The position numbers and the translations under genes are program-made. DNA of 63,851 nt, the filler included, from Calcarisporiella thermophila CBS 279.70 (lineage: Eukaryota > Fungi > Calcarisporiellomycota), in the NCBI RefSeq assembly GCF_041956535.1. It is 10 parts of 10 records of this genome, joined end to end, with 100 filler letters (N's around TTAATTAATTAA, not from the genome) between each part and the next. Parts side by side here need not be neighbours in the genome. Positions count along the whole stretch, not along the records: positions 18,498 to 45,004 come from NW_027192207.1; positions 45,105 to 51,527 come from NW_027192202.1; 8 more parts are not named here. One strand, written 5' to 3'. The first letter of the stretch is position 1. Every line of letters begins with the position of its first letter. Shown here piece by piece: positions 33,064 to 46,671 of this stretch. The notes under the pieces were generated by a model. It saw only the letters and a program-made list of their open reading frames with translations, made no database searches and was not told the DNA's origin.

Positions 33064-34147
33064 ATGATCATTTTAGTCATTTTTTTCTTCCTGCTTTCAG
33101 GCCAAATAACCGCAAATCCACTCAGCCAAGTTCTGCGAACAATTCCTACTAATATAGATCACTATGAACTCAATGCAGAACAAATTAAAGCATGCGCACA
33201 ATACGTTAAACTTGCCAGTATAACCATGTGCCCAACTATTAAGCCTGGCCCATTGAATTGCTCCGCTCCATACTGCAAAGAGTTTCCAAGTCTTACAGTC
33301 GTTGACTCGTTTGTTGCAAGCGTCGCAGACATAGAAGGATTTATTGGAGTAGACAATGAACGCAGGGCGATTGTGGTAGCCATTAGAGCAAGCTCAGCTA
33401 TGATTAATTGGCTACCACAAGCATTAGCTGTTTTAGTACCTTATAATCATCCCTCTGCTCCTGGAGCACGTGTCCACTATGGCATTTATCAGGTAGCAAA
33501 ACCCATGTTCCAACGAGTAACACCAATGGTGCGAGAGCAGCTTTTGCAACATCCTGGTTATGAAGTAGAGGTAGTAGGATGGAGTCTTGGAGGCTGGCTA
33601 ACAGTTTTGCAGACTCTGAATTTGCTCGAGACTGTTAAAGAGCTTGACAGAAATAAGCTCGTTGCCGTAACTGTTGGAGAGCCGCATCTGGGAAATGCAA
33701 AATTTGTGGAATATTATGACAGTTATAATATCCTTACCAAACGACTTGTCAGCAACTACGATTTAGCCCCACATACTCCGCCAGCATTCCTTGGGTTTAA
33801 GGTATGATATGATTATTTTCATTTAAAATTCGCTACCAATTGACTTGCCGTGATCTTTTATTCGATTTATTTCGCTATATATTTAGGCTCGTAAATACGA
33901 AATTTTCTCCAAGAGCCTTGAATATAAAGGTCCCGTAATACAATGTATCCAACCTTATGATCCGGTATGCTCCGGCTACTATCCAGTTACAAAATATTAT
34001 GTTTTGCAACACTTTGTTTGGCATGGTATCAGTTTATCGCAATGTATTCCAGAATTTGTGATGAAAGGAGACGTTATGGGTGCCTATAACTCTATGTTTT
34101 ATGGCATGGGTTTCAAGCCTGGGAAAAATAGGACGATAGCATTATAG
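33064..34147 (+). CDS. Secreted class 3 lipase (2 exons)
   Basis: Signal peptide, IVVAIRAS, VHYG, GWSLGG nucleophile elbow, GEPHLGN, DLAPHTP. Confidence 0.92.
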
Positions 34148-35041
34148 TGAAAATAAAAATTACCCAAGTGGCTATAGCTACTCTCAACAATTTATTAAAC
34201 CCACTGAAATTACAATTATTCGCACACACAAAAAAAAGAAATAGTAAATTTTGATCCTTTCTACTCGTAAGCGTTTAATTACATAATTACAAAAAATCTG
34301 GTTATCATAGCCTTGACAACAAAAGAAAAAATGGTAATTATTTCTCTTCAATTGAAGAATATATACATGATAATGTTCCAATTCATCTCTGAAAGTTATT
34401 CAGGTGTAAAATCGTGATCTAGTTTTAGAGTGCCTTGACAATTTCCAATGCATTCTCTTCCAATGATTAAAACAAGAGTATTTGATAGGACTTTTTTCAT
34501 GTACAGTATATTTGATGATTTACAGTTTAGTAAAGTTAAGTTGTAATTAAATAAATTTTCACTCCAGACCATAGAGTTAATATAGGCGTGAGAAACCTTG
34601 CACTCTTTATGATTTACAATGATATTAGACATAGAATCAGCAGATTGAATGGCTTTGGTTAATATCTACTAAAATTATTTATTCATAAAATTTTGAATAA
34701 AGTTCAATTTACTTTTTATGTGAAGAAAGAGCTTAAATATACTTCTAGGAAGAGTAGGTTTAATATTGTTAGAATTTAATAAAATCGTAGTAAAAGCTTA
34801 TTCTACAATAGTTGTAATACGTCGCACGTGCACTGGGAATATCAAGAAATCAAAATCCTCTATTAAAGAAAGACCAAACGATTTAAGTTAACTTACTATT
34901 AGATAATACTCTTTATATTTGTCGTGGGAATTATTGTGTAAATGGGAAGCTTCTTTTTTGTATATAAGCACTTAATTTATTTGTCCTTTGTCCTATAATA
35001 CCCTTAAATATAGTTTCCTCGATAAATCATCAACAAAAGGT

Positions 35042-35335
35042 ATGAAGCTTTACTATCTCGCTGGTCTCATTTCGGCGCTTTCTTTTGTTTGCGCGCAAGA
35101 AGCTGCCCCTCCTCAAAGCTGTGAAAATGTTCCTCATCGCTCTTGCAAATCTGCCTGCAGAATTATTGATGAATGCCGTGACAAGCGTGATCCCTTCAAA
35201 TGCGCTTGTAGGAGGGACATTGGACTAGCAATTTGCGACTGCCTTAAGGATATTAACCTATTTGGTGGCCGTGGCAGGTGGTGCGAGAGACAGGTTGAAG
35301 ATTTGTGCAAAGGTCCCAATTTCAATGAAAACTAG
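35042..35335 (+). CDS. Small secreted cysteine-rich protein (10 Cys in mature part)
   Basis: MKLYYLAGLISALSFVCAQ signal; CAC and CDC motifs; upstream TATA. Confidence 0.8.
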   Translation: MKLYYLAGLISALSFVCAQEAAPPQSCENVPHRSCKSACRIIDECRDKRDPFKCACRRDIGLAICDCLKDINLFGGRGRWCERQVEDLCKGPNFNEN

Positions 35336-36334
35336 GCTTAAAGTTATATTGTGAAATCAATTCAATTAAATGTTCTTTATACCTATGGATACCGATAAGT
35401 CCCTTAAATAATATGATTTCAGTCCAATTAATAATGAATCAAATTTATTGTATATGCACTAGGAGGTCCAATATCAATTTTATTTAAAGTAGCACGCTGA
35501 TTTCAAAGTCAAAATAATTTCGTTGGTGACAAACGAGTCCTATATCTGTGATTTTCATAGAATTAGAGTAAAAAGCGAGCATTTTAATCAGCGTGAAATA
35601 CTTATTCCTTTAAAATACGATTCATCGTTCAATTTATTTCCACAAAATAGATCCACAAGCGCTGGTCGAAAAACAAAAACTGTATGTTGATATGGGCCGT
35701 TTTTTAAAATATATATATATTTGCGAATTTATTTTATCAAAGCTATTCATTATCTATCAGCTTTGGATTAAAATTCGGGCATAATCGGATAATTGTCAAT
35801 CTAACAATTCGTAACAATTCTGTCTCGGCTCATCTATGTGAATCAACAGGCAAATTTTGCATGACATTTAGAATCGATACTACAATATCTCTTAATTATC
35901 CTTTGTTATTATTAGCGCACATCTATTTTTCCTCAAAACCGTATTGAATTTGAACAATGCCACTATGTAATTACTGTGGATTATTTAGAAAAAATGAATA
36001 TTGTCATACTTAGGAAAGTAAGTAAATTAGAAACTAACTATAAAAAATATTGCCGAATTACGGATGAAATATCGTAATGATTTGTATCTTTGATGAAATT
36101 TCTATATCATTTACATTGGTTATCAAAATTCTCCGGTAGGGGAACTTAATCCCAAATCATGTATACGAATGGCTGAAAAGATTTGCACATTCGTAAATTT
36201 TCACAACTTTATTTCATGGGTTTTGATAATGATTAAAAGATTAGTTCCTTATCTTCTAAATATAAGCTAAATAGATTGAACCAACCTTTTAATATTTTCT
36301 CACTCTCCTTCAAAAGACAATTAAATATAAAGAT

Positions 36335-37771
36335 ATGCATAAAGCTTACCTTGGCCCTTCTTTATATAAACCAATATTCACATTTCTCATCCTCATCGGA
36401 TTATACTATTTTGTCATTTCTAGGTTTTCTTTCTTAAGATCCTCTTTTTCTTTCGATGATACCTCTTATTATGAGGACGAAATTAGCACTAAACCGCAAC
36501 GCCCTCGTGCTGTTTTTGTCGTTTTGGCGCGAAATTCAGATGCGATGCATCTAAGAAGAGCTATCCAACAAATGGAAGATACTTTCAATAAGAAATATGG
36601 TTATCCGTGGGTTTTTTTGAACGATGAGGAATTCACCGATGCGTTCAAAGAGGTTACGAGCGAAGTTACAAACTCATCAACTCACTATGGTAATTACTGT
36701 TTCTGGTGGATAACAAGCCAGTTTATCCAAAAAGTTCTTTATAATTTAGGTGTTGTTCCTAAAGAACACTGGAGTATCCCCCCTTGGGTTGACGAGGAAG
36801 TAGCACGGTTTGCTCGCAAAAATATGGAAAATAAGGTCATTTATGGAGGAAGTTTGTCATACAGGCATATGTGCAGGTAAAAAAGTTTACCTATATGAAA
36901 TTCATGTTAAGATTTTATACTTTTTCTAATTATATTTCATAGATTCGAATCTGGATTTTTCTACCGCCACCCGCTACTTCAAGATTATGATTATTATTGG
37001 CGCGTTGAGCCTACTGCTCAATTCTCTTGTGAAATAGATTACGATCCATTCGTTTTTATGCAAGAAAATAATATTAAATATGGTATATGTTTCAAAAGTT
37101 TACCATATCTGCGTTTTCTGCTAATCATTTTCATTGCCCAAATATTAGGCTTCACTATTACTATGCATGAGTTTATGATTACAATACCCACTCTTTGGGA
37201 CACTACGCGCCGGTTTATCCAAGCGAATCCCGGTTTATTTCCCTCAAACAACACGTTAAAGTTCATAAGCGATGATGATGGGCAAACTTATAATTCATGT
37301 CACTTTTGGACTAATTTCGAAATCGCGGATTTCAGGCTATGGCGCTCGGAGGCGTATTCGAAATACTTTGATTATTTAGATAAATCCGGAGGATTTTTTT
37401 ATGAAAGATGGGGTGACGCGCCAGTTCATTCGATATTTGCATCATTATATCTGAGGAATGACGAAATACACTTTTTTGACGATTTTGGATATAAGCATCC
37501 TCCTTATGGGTTAGACTAAACGCTCGCTATCACAGAACAATAATTAGGATTACTAACTATGCTTTTTTTTATCAGACATTGTCCACCAAAGGAAATAAAT
37601 AGCAAGTGCACATGTAAACCGTCAGACTCTGTTGGTAAGCTATCTTTAAATTCCTCTAAATTTTCAATTCTAATCCGATCTATCTATTTAGACTTTCAGG
37701 GTATATCTTGTCTATCTAAATGGCTTGCGGCAACGGGAGCTAAGCCTAATGCTAATCATGTATATAATTAA
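36335..37771 (+). CDS. GT15 alpha-1,2-mannosyltransferase (Kre2/Mnt1 family), multi-exon
   Basis: Type II anchor, VVLARNSD, YPWVFLND, YGGSLSYRHMCR, YYWRVEP, CHFWTNFEI, FFYERWGDAPVHS. Confidence 0.96.
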
Positions 37772-37911
37772 AATATTGCATTTTTATTTTCATTCAATAC
37801 AATTTAAATAAGCACTACCAAAAATGACACAACACCTTCAAAATAAATAATCGTCATATGCAAAGTATACATTTTTATATTGACAACTCTCACCATGTGA
37901 AGGTTTAAGCA

Positions 37912-38843
37912 TTACTGCCCATTTTTTGCTAGTGAGATTTCCACTTGATGAATCCATTTATGACGAATAGAGTCACGACCCTTGATTACAACACGATTCT
38001 TGTATACTTCATGAAGGACTTTTGCCTCTTCGTATCGCCCCGCTTCTTCACGATTTCTTCCGCGTAGCCACAATTCTCTCTATAAATCCAGTATTGAAAT
38101 CCGGTCGTGGATCCCCCTTTGACGGATTTTCTTACTGTCCAATCCGAAAGATTTAAATCCCAATGTGTATGTCCGGTAAAAAGAATGACTCGAGTGTATT
38201 TCCCGAGAATTTCAAGCAATTCCTTGGCTTGTATATAGTCTGCACCATACTGGAGTGCATCGGTTCCACTTATAGTATCTTTGAGAACGTGATGGCTATA
38301 AACAAAAACAGGTCTACCTGAGCCTTCATGAAGCTGCAGGCGTTTCTCTAACCATTTGAGTTGATCCGCGCTCATAAACACCTCGTCATACAATTCCGGG
38401 TCATGGTAGTGCATATACTTTTCTGTTCCAAGAAATAGAAATGGATACACATCGTGAACGCGCTCGTAATAGACTTCAGAAGTATTATCAAACTCCTTAA
38501 AACGACGGAACATTGTCTCTTCCTTGACTCCATTAGGGAATTTTTGCCATCCCGCGATTTTGGCAGCATATAGATCATGATTTCCAATTGCCCAGTAAAT
38601 TTGCTGCAGCCTATTTGGCACAGTATCAAGACCATTTCCAGTGATGTCTCCATTGATGACAAAGGTTTTTGCTTTGGGGTCGGTGTCATGCATGTTCGCC
38701 AGTGCGCGACGGAAAGCTAGGTCGCCTTGAATATCGCTTGCGACAAAAAATGTTGTCTCTGGGAGTTCGGCTTTTGGGGCTACTTGAGCTATATACAAAA
38801 CTCCAAGAATTAAAGCAAGAAAAAAGAAATGAGCGGATATCAT
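37912..38843 (-). pseudogene. Intronless calcineurin-like metallophosphoesterase with frameshifted C-terminus
   Basis: SDIQ, NGDIT, GNHD, SHH, GHTH motifs; expected tail (NTGF; VYKNRVVIKGRD..W) lies in other frames. Confidence 0.8.
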
Positions 38844-39385
38844 TGTAATGTTAGGAAATTTTTTTAATACAATATTCAAAAAGAGCGATGTGTGAGAACA
38901 GGGTGTAGGATGTTATTCCTGTTCAAAACAACACCACATATAACCGGAATTTTTCTTCTTAGATGTGCACGTGTATCAATTCGTATTTGACTGATGCAGA
39001 TTGCGAACTGTTGAACAGCTTTACAGCCACGTGCGCAAGAGTAGCACCCAAAATTGCTAGTAAAAGAGGGGCTACTTAATATAATATAGACTCATCGCTT
39101 GGTGATTTTCCAGGGCATAATTCAACCAATATAAACTACTGATAGACTCTAATCATACATATCGACATTTTCCTTTTTCGAAGCTAATCCCCATTAGTTA
39201 GTAGCTAACTATGCGTGAAAATGTTATATATTATTTTATTCACATTTCCAATGTCAAAATCGGTATATGAATAAAGTACACTTTTCGAATTTGAATACAG
39301 GTTAAATAATATGAATATCGAAGGAAAGTAAAATGAGGCTACATAAAGCAGTATATACATTATAAGTGGCGTAATATAGTTCTTG

Positions 39386-40989
39386 TTAACCGCTGATTTT
39401 ATGAGGCATTGAATCGTAGTTTTCTGCATCAAATCGACGAGTCCTTCTATAAAAAGTGTATACAAAATCGGGCCAATTGATTGGACTTCTCCCCTTGGAG
39501 TCCAAATAATAGCTATTGCAACCTCCTTTTGTCCACACTGAGTTTCTCTGCTTCTTCGCGATCATTTCATCATACTCTGCTAGAGCTTTCTCTGAGACTT
39601 CAATTGTATTCAAGTGATTTTCAGCCATATACTTCAGTGCATGAATAACGTAGTTGATTTGACTCTCAATCATTATCAATATGGAATTTTGGCCCAACCA
39701 AGTATTTGGGCCTAATAGTATAAATGCGTTGGGGAACCCTGGTACTGTAGTGCCATTATAAGCGGACATATTATCCCTCCAAGCTTCGGTCATTAATTTG
39801 CCACCTCTGCCATAAACAATATGTGCAAAAGGTTGGTCTGGTGCTCGGAAACCAGTAGCAAGGACAACCGTGTCCACCTCATGGCGAACTCCGTTTTCGG
39901 TTACGAGATGATGCGGTTCAAATTTTTCTATCTTATCTGTTATAAGTGACACGTTAGGCTCTGTCATTGTGCGATAATACTCGGTATGAAAGAGAATCCG
40001 CTTGCACCCAATGAGGTAATTAGGGGTCAGCTTTGTTCTGAGCTTCGAATCTTTAATTTGCATCCTCATCGGTATTGTAGAGAGTACTTGAAAAGGCGCC
40101 ATGTATTTGTAATGATAGACCATTGGAAGCACGACTAGCTCAAAAAGCCAGTACCACATATTTCGTACTAACATTTGAACACCCGGTATATTACGATACA
40201 GCCATTTCAATAGACGAGACCTCTTAGCATTATAGCGCGGAACTATCCAATGCGGCGTGCGCTGCATTACCAGTAGTTTCCCTACTTGAGGTTGTATTGC
40301 AGGGATAATTTGAATTGCCGAAGCGCCTGTACCAATTACCGCAACTTTACGTCCTCTTAAATTGTGGCTATAATCCCATCGAGAAGAGTGAAACACCTTA
40401 TTCCCCTCGGTCTTAGAGAACTCGTCTAATCCTTGAAATTTAGGATATACTGGTGCAGTGAGCACGCCCATGGCAAATATCATGATTTTACAGGTATACA
40501 TTCCTCTCGATGACCCCACCTCCCATATTTGCCGCATTTCGTTCCACGCTACTTTTTGGATTTCATGACCAAATTTGCAATGAGGGTATACGCCGTATTT
40601 TGCTGCACAGTACCGCATATAATCTAATGTCTCGGGCTGCGCTGGATAATTGCAGGTCCACTCTGGATTAAGTGCAAAAGAATAAGAGTAAAGATCGCCT
40701 GGCACATCAGAAGATGCTCCAGGATAACTAAAAATAAATTTTAGCGGTAATTAGTGTTGAAAACAAAATATTCAGATTTAATATATTTGTAGAATTACCA
40801 ATTATCACGCCAAGTTCCTCCAACATCATGACCTCTATCGAGAACAATAAAATCATGGTACCCTTCTTGCATAAGGCGAATTGCCATGCCAATTCCTGAA
40901 AAACCTGCGCCAGCAATAAGTATATGGTAATGTGGAGACAACAAGGAGCCTGGGGCTAAATTCGGCATATTTGTTTTTTGCTGATTCAT
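39386..40989 (-). CDS. Baeyer-Villiger-type flavin monooxygenase (intron 40728-40798)
   Basis: GAGFSG, GGTWRDN.YPG, FHSSRWD fingerprint, VIGTGASAIQ, GCKR, LATGF. Confidence 0.95.
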
Positions 40990-41192
40990 AACAATATGTG
41001 TGGACAATAATGTGATTCAAAATCGAAACGCTAATGGAGCGCTAATTTAATATATGGAAAACATGGTAGAAGATAATTCCAAATTCCCTAAATCTCTTTG
41101 TCTTGCTTGAGCATAAGCCTCTGTAGCAACTTCAGTCACGTGATGCCATTCAAATTGCGAGTTTAAGAGCAGCAAACGATACCCCGCAATTT

Positions 41193-41241
41193 CCGAGGTT
41201 TTGACTATCCCGAGGTTTCACTCCGAGGTTCAATTCCGCGG
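41193..41241. promoter_or_regulatory. Cluster of CCGAGG motifs in the divergent BVMO/SDR promoter
   Basis: CCGAGGTT at 41193, 41210 and 41223; CCGCGG at 41236; another CCGAGG at 41504. Confidence 0.55.
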
Positions 41242-41714
41242 AGTAAAACCTAGGCTGATGACCTTGTAATATCTTTAATATTAATAAAGAACAACAATGA
41301 GATCAAATAACTGCCGATATTCGTGAAGAAAACAAGCACAAAATGAATTCAGCTTATTGTATATCCTCTTGTTTATTTTTTCAATTAGTGATGTGTCTAA
41401 TCTATAGTGATTTATTAGTTTTACCTTCGGCTCTCTTATTCCAAACTTCATAAAGCTAGTAAAGCCAGCTATGTTGTTGGCATCCTAGGAAGACTGGGAA
41501 GTTCCGAGGAGGTTAGAGGTCGCCTACACGGCAATCTGATATCCGCGATTCAATTTTATAATATACACTTGCTCCTTGGTCATAGGCCATTAGTTTGTAC
41601 CTACTTCTCTGAAACTTCAAAAAACTTTTCACGTGCTGTTTCAGTATAAAAGCGTTAAAATTGAACATATTATCATTTTCTCAAACTTAATATTCATCCT
41701 TTACAATTGACAAC

Positions 41715-42771
41715 ATGGACGTGGCTAGTCTCTTCAGCGTGAAAGATAAGGTGGTGTTAGTGACTGGCGGGAGCAGAGGGTAAGAATGTAGATTCCAATA
41801 TTCATAACAGCATCCCTCATATTTTCAAATAACCTAAATTAGAATGGGTGAAATGATTGCAACTGTATGTAAAATACATGCTGTATGTCAGCACAAAATC
41901 ACCTATAAACCTAGATATATCTTCTTTAGGGTTACGTAGCAAATGGTGCAAAGGTCTATATCACTAGCAGATCTGTCGAAGCGTGTGATGAGGTTAATTA
42001 AGATTATCGCGAGACTGAAACTATAGAGCTTCGTTCTCATGTCTCTTTTTTTCTAGGTCACCGAGAGGCTTAACAAATTAGGGCCAGGAAAATGCTTTAG
42101 CATTCCAGCCGATCTACATAAAAAGGAAGAAATTACTCGCCTTGTCAGTGAATTGCAGAAACACGAGGACCATCTTGATGTTTTGGTGAATAATGCGGGG
42201 ATGGCTCTGAGTTACCATGAGTTTGACACATTCAAAAGAATTGGATGGGAAAAGGTCATGAATCTCAATTTGACAAGCATATTCTTTCTCACGCAAGCGT
42301 AAGTTAACCGAATTTTTCCCTTGTGTATTGGATATTCGGCCCACCATTATAATTTTTATATACGACAGCTGTCTTCCATTGTTGACGGCAAAGTCGAGTC
42401 AGGCCAATCCCTCCTCTGTTATTAACATCAGCTCTGTCGGTGGTATTGGTATTTCGCAATTCGCATCATACCCTTACACTGCTTCGAAAGCAGCCCTTAA
42501 CCATTTGACCAAAGTGCTTGCCGGCCATCTTGGGTTCCGCGGCATTACTGTGAACTCAATCGCAGCAGGACTCTTCATGTCAAAGATGAGCAAGGATCTT
42601 TTAGACAGCGCAGGAGAGGTAATCTCATCCGCTCTCCCAATGGGACGAATCGGAATTCCTGAGGACCTGGTTGGAGTTTGTATTTATCTTTCATCGCGTG
42701 CCGGGGCATATATGAATGGCGCTGTGCTTGTATTAGATGGAGGCGCACTCTGCAATGCCGCAAAATTCTGA
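41715..42771 (+). CDS. Short-chain dehydrogenase/reductase (RhlG-like), PTS1-like C-terminus AKF, multi-exon
   Basis: LVTGGSRG, LVNNAG, YTASKAA, PMGRIG, LDGG. Confidence 0.93.
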
Positions 42772-43341
42772 TCACTCCACCTATTCAACTAGCAGAGCTC
42801 ATCTTTAGTGTATATCTAAATTAATAAACCATAAACTGTCTTATTGATATAATTATATATGCTAGACGCAATTTTTCCACGATGTAGATTTGTATGTTCT
42901 CTAAAGAAGTTGATTTCCACCCGACATTTATTTGGTGCTTATAGAGAAATATAATGCTCATTTTTTCTTAAATTGCTATTCGAGAAATCTATTTTCAATT
43001 GATAAATTTACACATCAATTAAAGTCAACATGCAAATTTGAAAAATCATGGTTTACCCATTTCCATGTATAAATGGAGCAGAAAAGATTTCTAATCAACA
43101 CTGTGATTATCGACATTACACCCACCCACACAGTGATAATAGCATTATATGAAGTCGCCATACTTCAACCCTACTACGTTTGTAATGGAATATACAATTT
43201 AGAAGAAACATTTTAAAGTATATCGAGATTTATTAAAATATGCCAATAGATAATTATATAAAACCAAAATATACAATACATATATATAATATAAATTTGT
43301 CAGAGGAATCATCACGAACAGAGAAAAGGTAAGCATATACA

Positions 43342-45004
43342 TTATTTCTCTTTTTCGGTAATAGCCTGTTCTCCCAGTTCTTTTCCACCCGACAGAGCTG
43401 CTTTTATATCCTCGGGCTTCTCGGAGAATCCTTTCTCGAGATTCACCTCCGGCCCTTCTCCGAGTCTCTCACGTTCCTCAATCTCCTTCCGTATGATTCG
43501 CATGCTGGTCATCTGGGAGTGAGCCGTCAAGACACTGTCATACCGCAACCCTGCCTGAACCTTGCCTGTGTCAAGCGGGGTCAACACCTTCCGCTTTCCG
43601 AACTTGTAGAGTTCAGAAAGCACCACGAAGAGAATTGAAGCTCCAAGAATGATGCCCCATTCGGGTCCAGTGAGGGCGCTATGACGGAAAACCTCGGTAT
43701 TGACTCCGGGAATATATACAATGGGGAAAATAAGCAAGAATCCAATGATAATGCTGTATGTGAGGAATTTGTTGGTGCGATACATGTTCATCAACCGAGC
43801 AGGTGTCCACTCGGAATCCCGCAAACTGCGGCAGGTAACTGCATGCAAAAGGAACATGATGACCGACGTGGCGAAACCGGTTCCGCGAGCCTGATAGAGA
43901 TTTTCGCAGCCTTCGTGTAAGTGGTGGTTGCAATCGGCGCCGCTGATTCCAGTTCCGAATCCATATAGAACAATCATGAAGTTGCCAAGAGCGAAAATTC
44001 CCAGCAGAAAACCATAAAAGAGGATATCGACAATGACCTCCTTGGTGAAGATTCCTTGCTTTCGTGGACGAGGCGGGCGGCGCATATTCCCAGCGCTTGG
44101 GGGCTCCACACCAAGTCCCATGGCGCAGGGTGAGGAGGTCACCATGTTAAGGAAAAGAATCTGAAGTGGGGACATAGGGAAAATAGAGGTGGATGCTGAA
44201 TCTTTAACGGCAAGCCCGCATATCAACACCACTACTTCCGCTACGTTAGTGCACATCAAATGGACCCAGAATTTCTGAATATTGGCAAAGATGCGGCGCC
44301 CTTCAGCGACTGCACGTACAATGGTGGCGAAATTATCATCTGTCAGCACAATATCCGATGCCTGCTTTGCGACGTCTGATCCACCCTCTCCCATTGCAAT
44401 CCCGACATCGGACTTCTTCAGAGAGGGTGAGTCATTCACACCATCTCCTGTCATAGCAGCAAATTTCTTCCGGCGATGCAGGGCTTCAATCATTCGAACC
44501 TTCGTTTCAGGTGCACATCGAGCAATGACACGTGGCAACTCTTCTAAAGCATCAATCTGCTCCTCGGTGAGTGCTTCAAACTCAGATGCAGTCATGACTA
44601 AAGGGTTGTTCTGAACCGGAATATCGGCGGGTAAAATCCCTACTTCGCGAGCAATGGCCGCAGCTGTCGATGGGTGATCCCCGGTCAGCATGTGGACCGT
44701 GATGCCCGCCTCATAGCACTCGAGCACAGCTGGACGCGATTCGGGGCGTGGGGGGTCATAAATTCCAACCAACCCAAGGAATGAGAGCCGGTTTTCAACC
44801 TCGTTGCGCGAAAGGTTAGAAAATGCGGACTCGGCTTCGTCCTTTGCATCGAATCGGCGATAGGCAAGAGTGAGGACGCGGAGACCCTTCGTGGCTAGGA
44901 ATTTCACCCGAGGCATCACCATCTCCGTAAGTTCGTCGCTGTTGCCCTCGCATCGATCCAAGATACGTTCGGTGGCACCCTTGGAGAACACAAAGTACTC
45001 GCCA
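43342..45004 (-). CDS. ENA-type (P2D) Na+/K+ P-type ATPase, 3' part
   Basis: KGATE, YDPPRPES, MLTGDHP, VIARCAPETKVRMIEALHRR, MTGDGVNDSPSLK. Confidence 0.93.
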
Positions 45005-45164
45005 NNNNNNNNNNNNNNNNNNNNNNNNNNNNNNNNNNNNNNNNNNNNTTAATTAATTAANNNNNNNNNNNNNNNNNNNNNNNNNNNNNNNNNNNNNNNN
45101 NNNNGGAGGCAATAGACATCCTTTTTTATACGCGTTAGCAGCCCATAAGAAATAATAGAGCAAC

Positions 45165-46450
45165 ATGAACAACGATACAGAGGATATTGCGGCCCTGTTT
45201 CAACCTACGGAGGCGAGCTTTGTTTTCCATGAGCATTCTACATTCTACGATCAGTCTTCATATATCGAAACTTCCATTGTTTCGCGTAGCGAGGAAAAGG
45301 AAGAGGACGCGTGGAATAGAGTATGATGTTGTGTAGTTTAGCGCGTTCAGAGCAAGGATTTTACTCTGCATTTCTGGTTTAGATCGAGCAGTGGTTGAAA
45401 AAATTTTACCCCGATGGCCCGCCTCCTTATGAGAAGACCCCCTCCACGCTTGCAGTGTTTAGCGAGCTGATGCTACTCAATGAGCATCAGGATGAATTGG
45501 AGAAGCTGAGCTTGCAGAGTTTCAAAGAGACTTCCTATGAATATAATGCTGAAGGTAATCTAGCCCTAATAACGGAGCTGATAGGCAGTATAATAACGGA
45601 TCAAACTTCCAATTTGGGAATGTAGCAAAGCGATTAAATGCAATACTGGAGAGGTTAGGCATTCAATCCGATAGTCTATCGAAGCAGGGTGCAAATCATC
45701 TCCACACCCTATCCTCTATTGCTCTAACCTTGGGTCTTGGTGATGTGCGGCTGAGCAGGTGGCTATTTTACTTTTAAGCTGCAACTCAGGCTCCTTCTCA
45801 ACGATTCTATTCTTCTTGCAGTTATCAGCGTGCTCTCTCAGCACTCACACTCTCCTCCGCGCAAATCAAGCGTCAGTCTGCCACGCTCGAATCGTATGCT
45901 CAGACAATAAGGTCCTGGCGGTTGGAAGCCGACCAGAAGCTAGCGAGGTTGAAGGTTATTTTGAAGGAGTGTGAGGCTAAACGGGCAAGTGAAGAGACAA
46001 AAACTGCAGATAGATATCGCTCGACCGAAACTCTCTCTCGTAAGGCGCGAGAGTATCGAAAGCGGCTTGAGGAGCTAGAGGTATTAGGCGGCCGTTTTCT
46101 TTCCCATTTTTATTTCTCACAATCAAAAACCATTTTCTTCTTTAGAGAGAATATGACGAAAATGGCATCGATTCTCTGCGCTACTCCTCGCTGAAGCATC
46201 TCGAGCATCAGTTGGAACAGCTGGAGGCAGCTCTGGTGACTAAGAAAAATCGACTGGAAAGGCTGCACGATATCCCTCCCGATTACACATTAGCACGCCT
46301 AAAGCTGCAGGAGCAGCGACAGAAATTGGTAAAAGCATCTTTGAATATATAGTGACTTCGGGGGTCCTGGGCTGAGCTAGTATTTCTGTATAGGCGAATC
46401 TGACGGAACAGCGAGAGACGCTTTTGAATGGGATTGCTGATCAAATGTAA
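45165..46450 (+). CDS. HAUS1: HAUS augmin complex subunit 1-like, multi-exon
   Basis: WLKKFY..PPPYEKT, EYNAEAKRL, LSSIALTLGL, DIPPDYTLARLKL. Confidence 0.7.
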
Positions 46451-46671
46451 AGAATTGTAAATAGATTCTAGTGTTTTTATTTTGCAAATGCGAATGTAAC
46501 AAAGCAAATGAAGGGGGAATATATGGGAGTAATAAAAAAAAAAATGCAAGGGAATTGTATACAATTGCGCACGAAACATAAAACGAGGAGAGTGGTGAAA
46601 AACTGGATGGAATAATACAATTGAAGCTGGAAAAAGAAAGCGGACCCGTCCTGGTCCAAGAAAAGCGGACG

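Noticed and set aside
37912-40989. Bacterial contamination
   Set aside because: Bacterial-like genes are contiguous with intron-containing fungal genes, share host-like AT content, and the BVMO has an intron.
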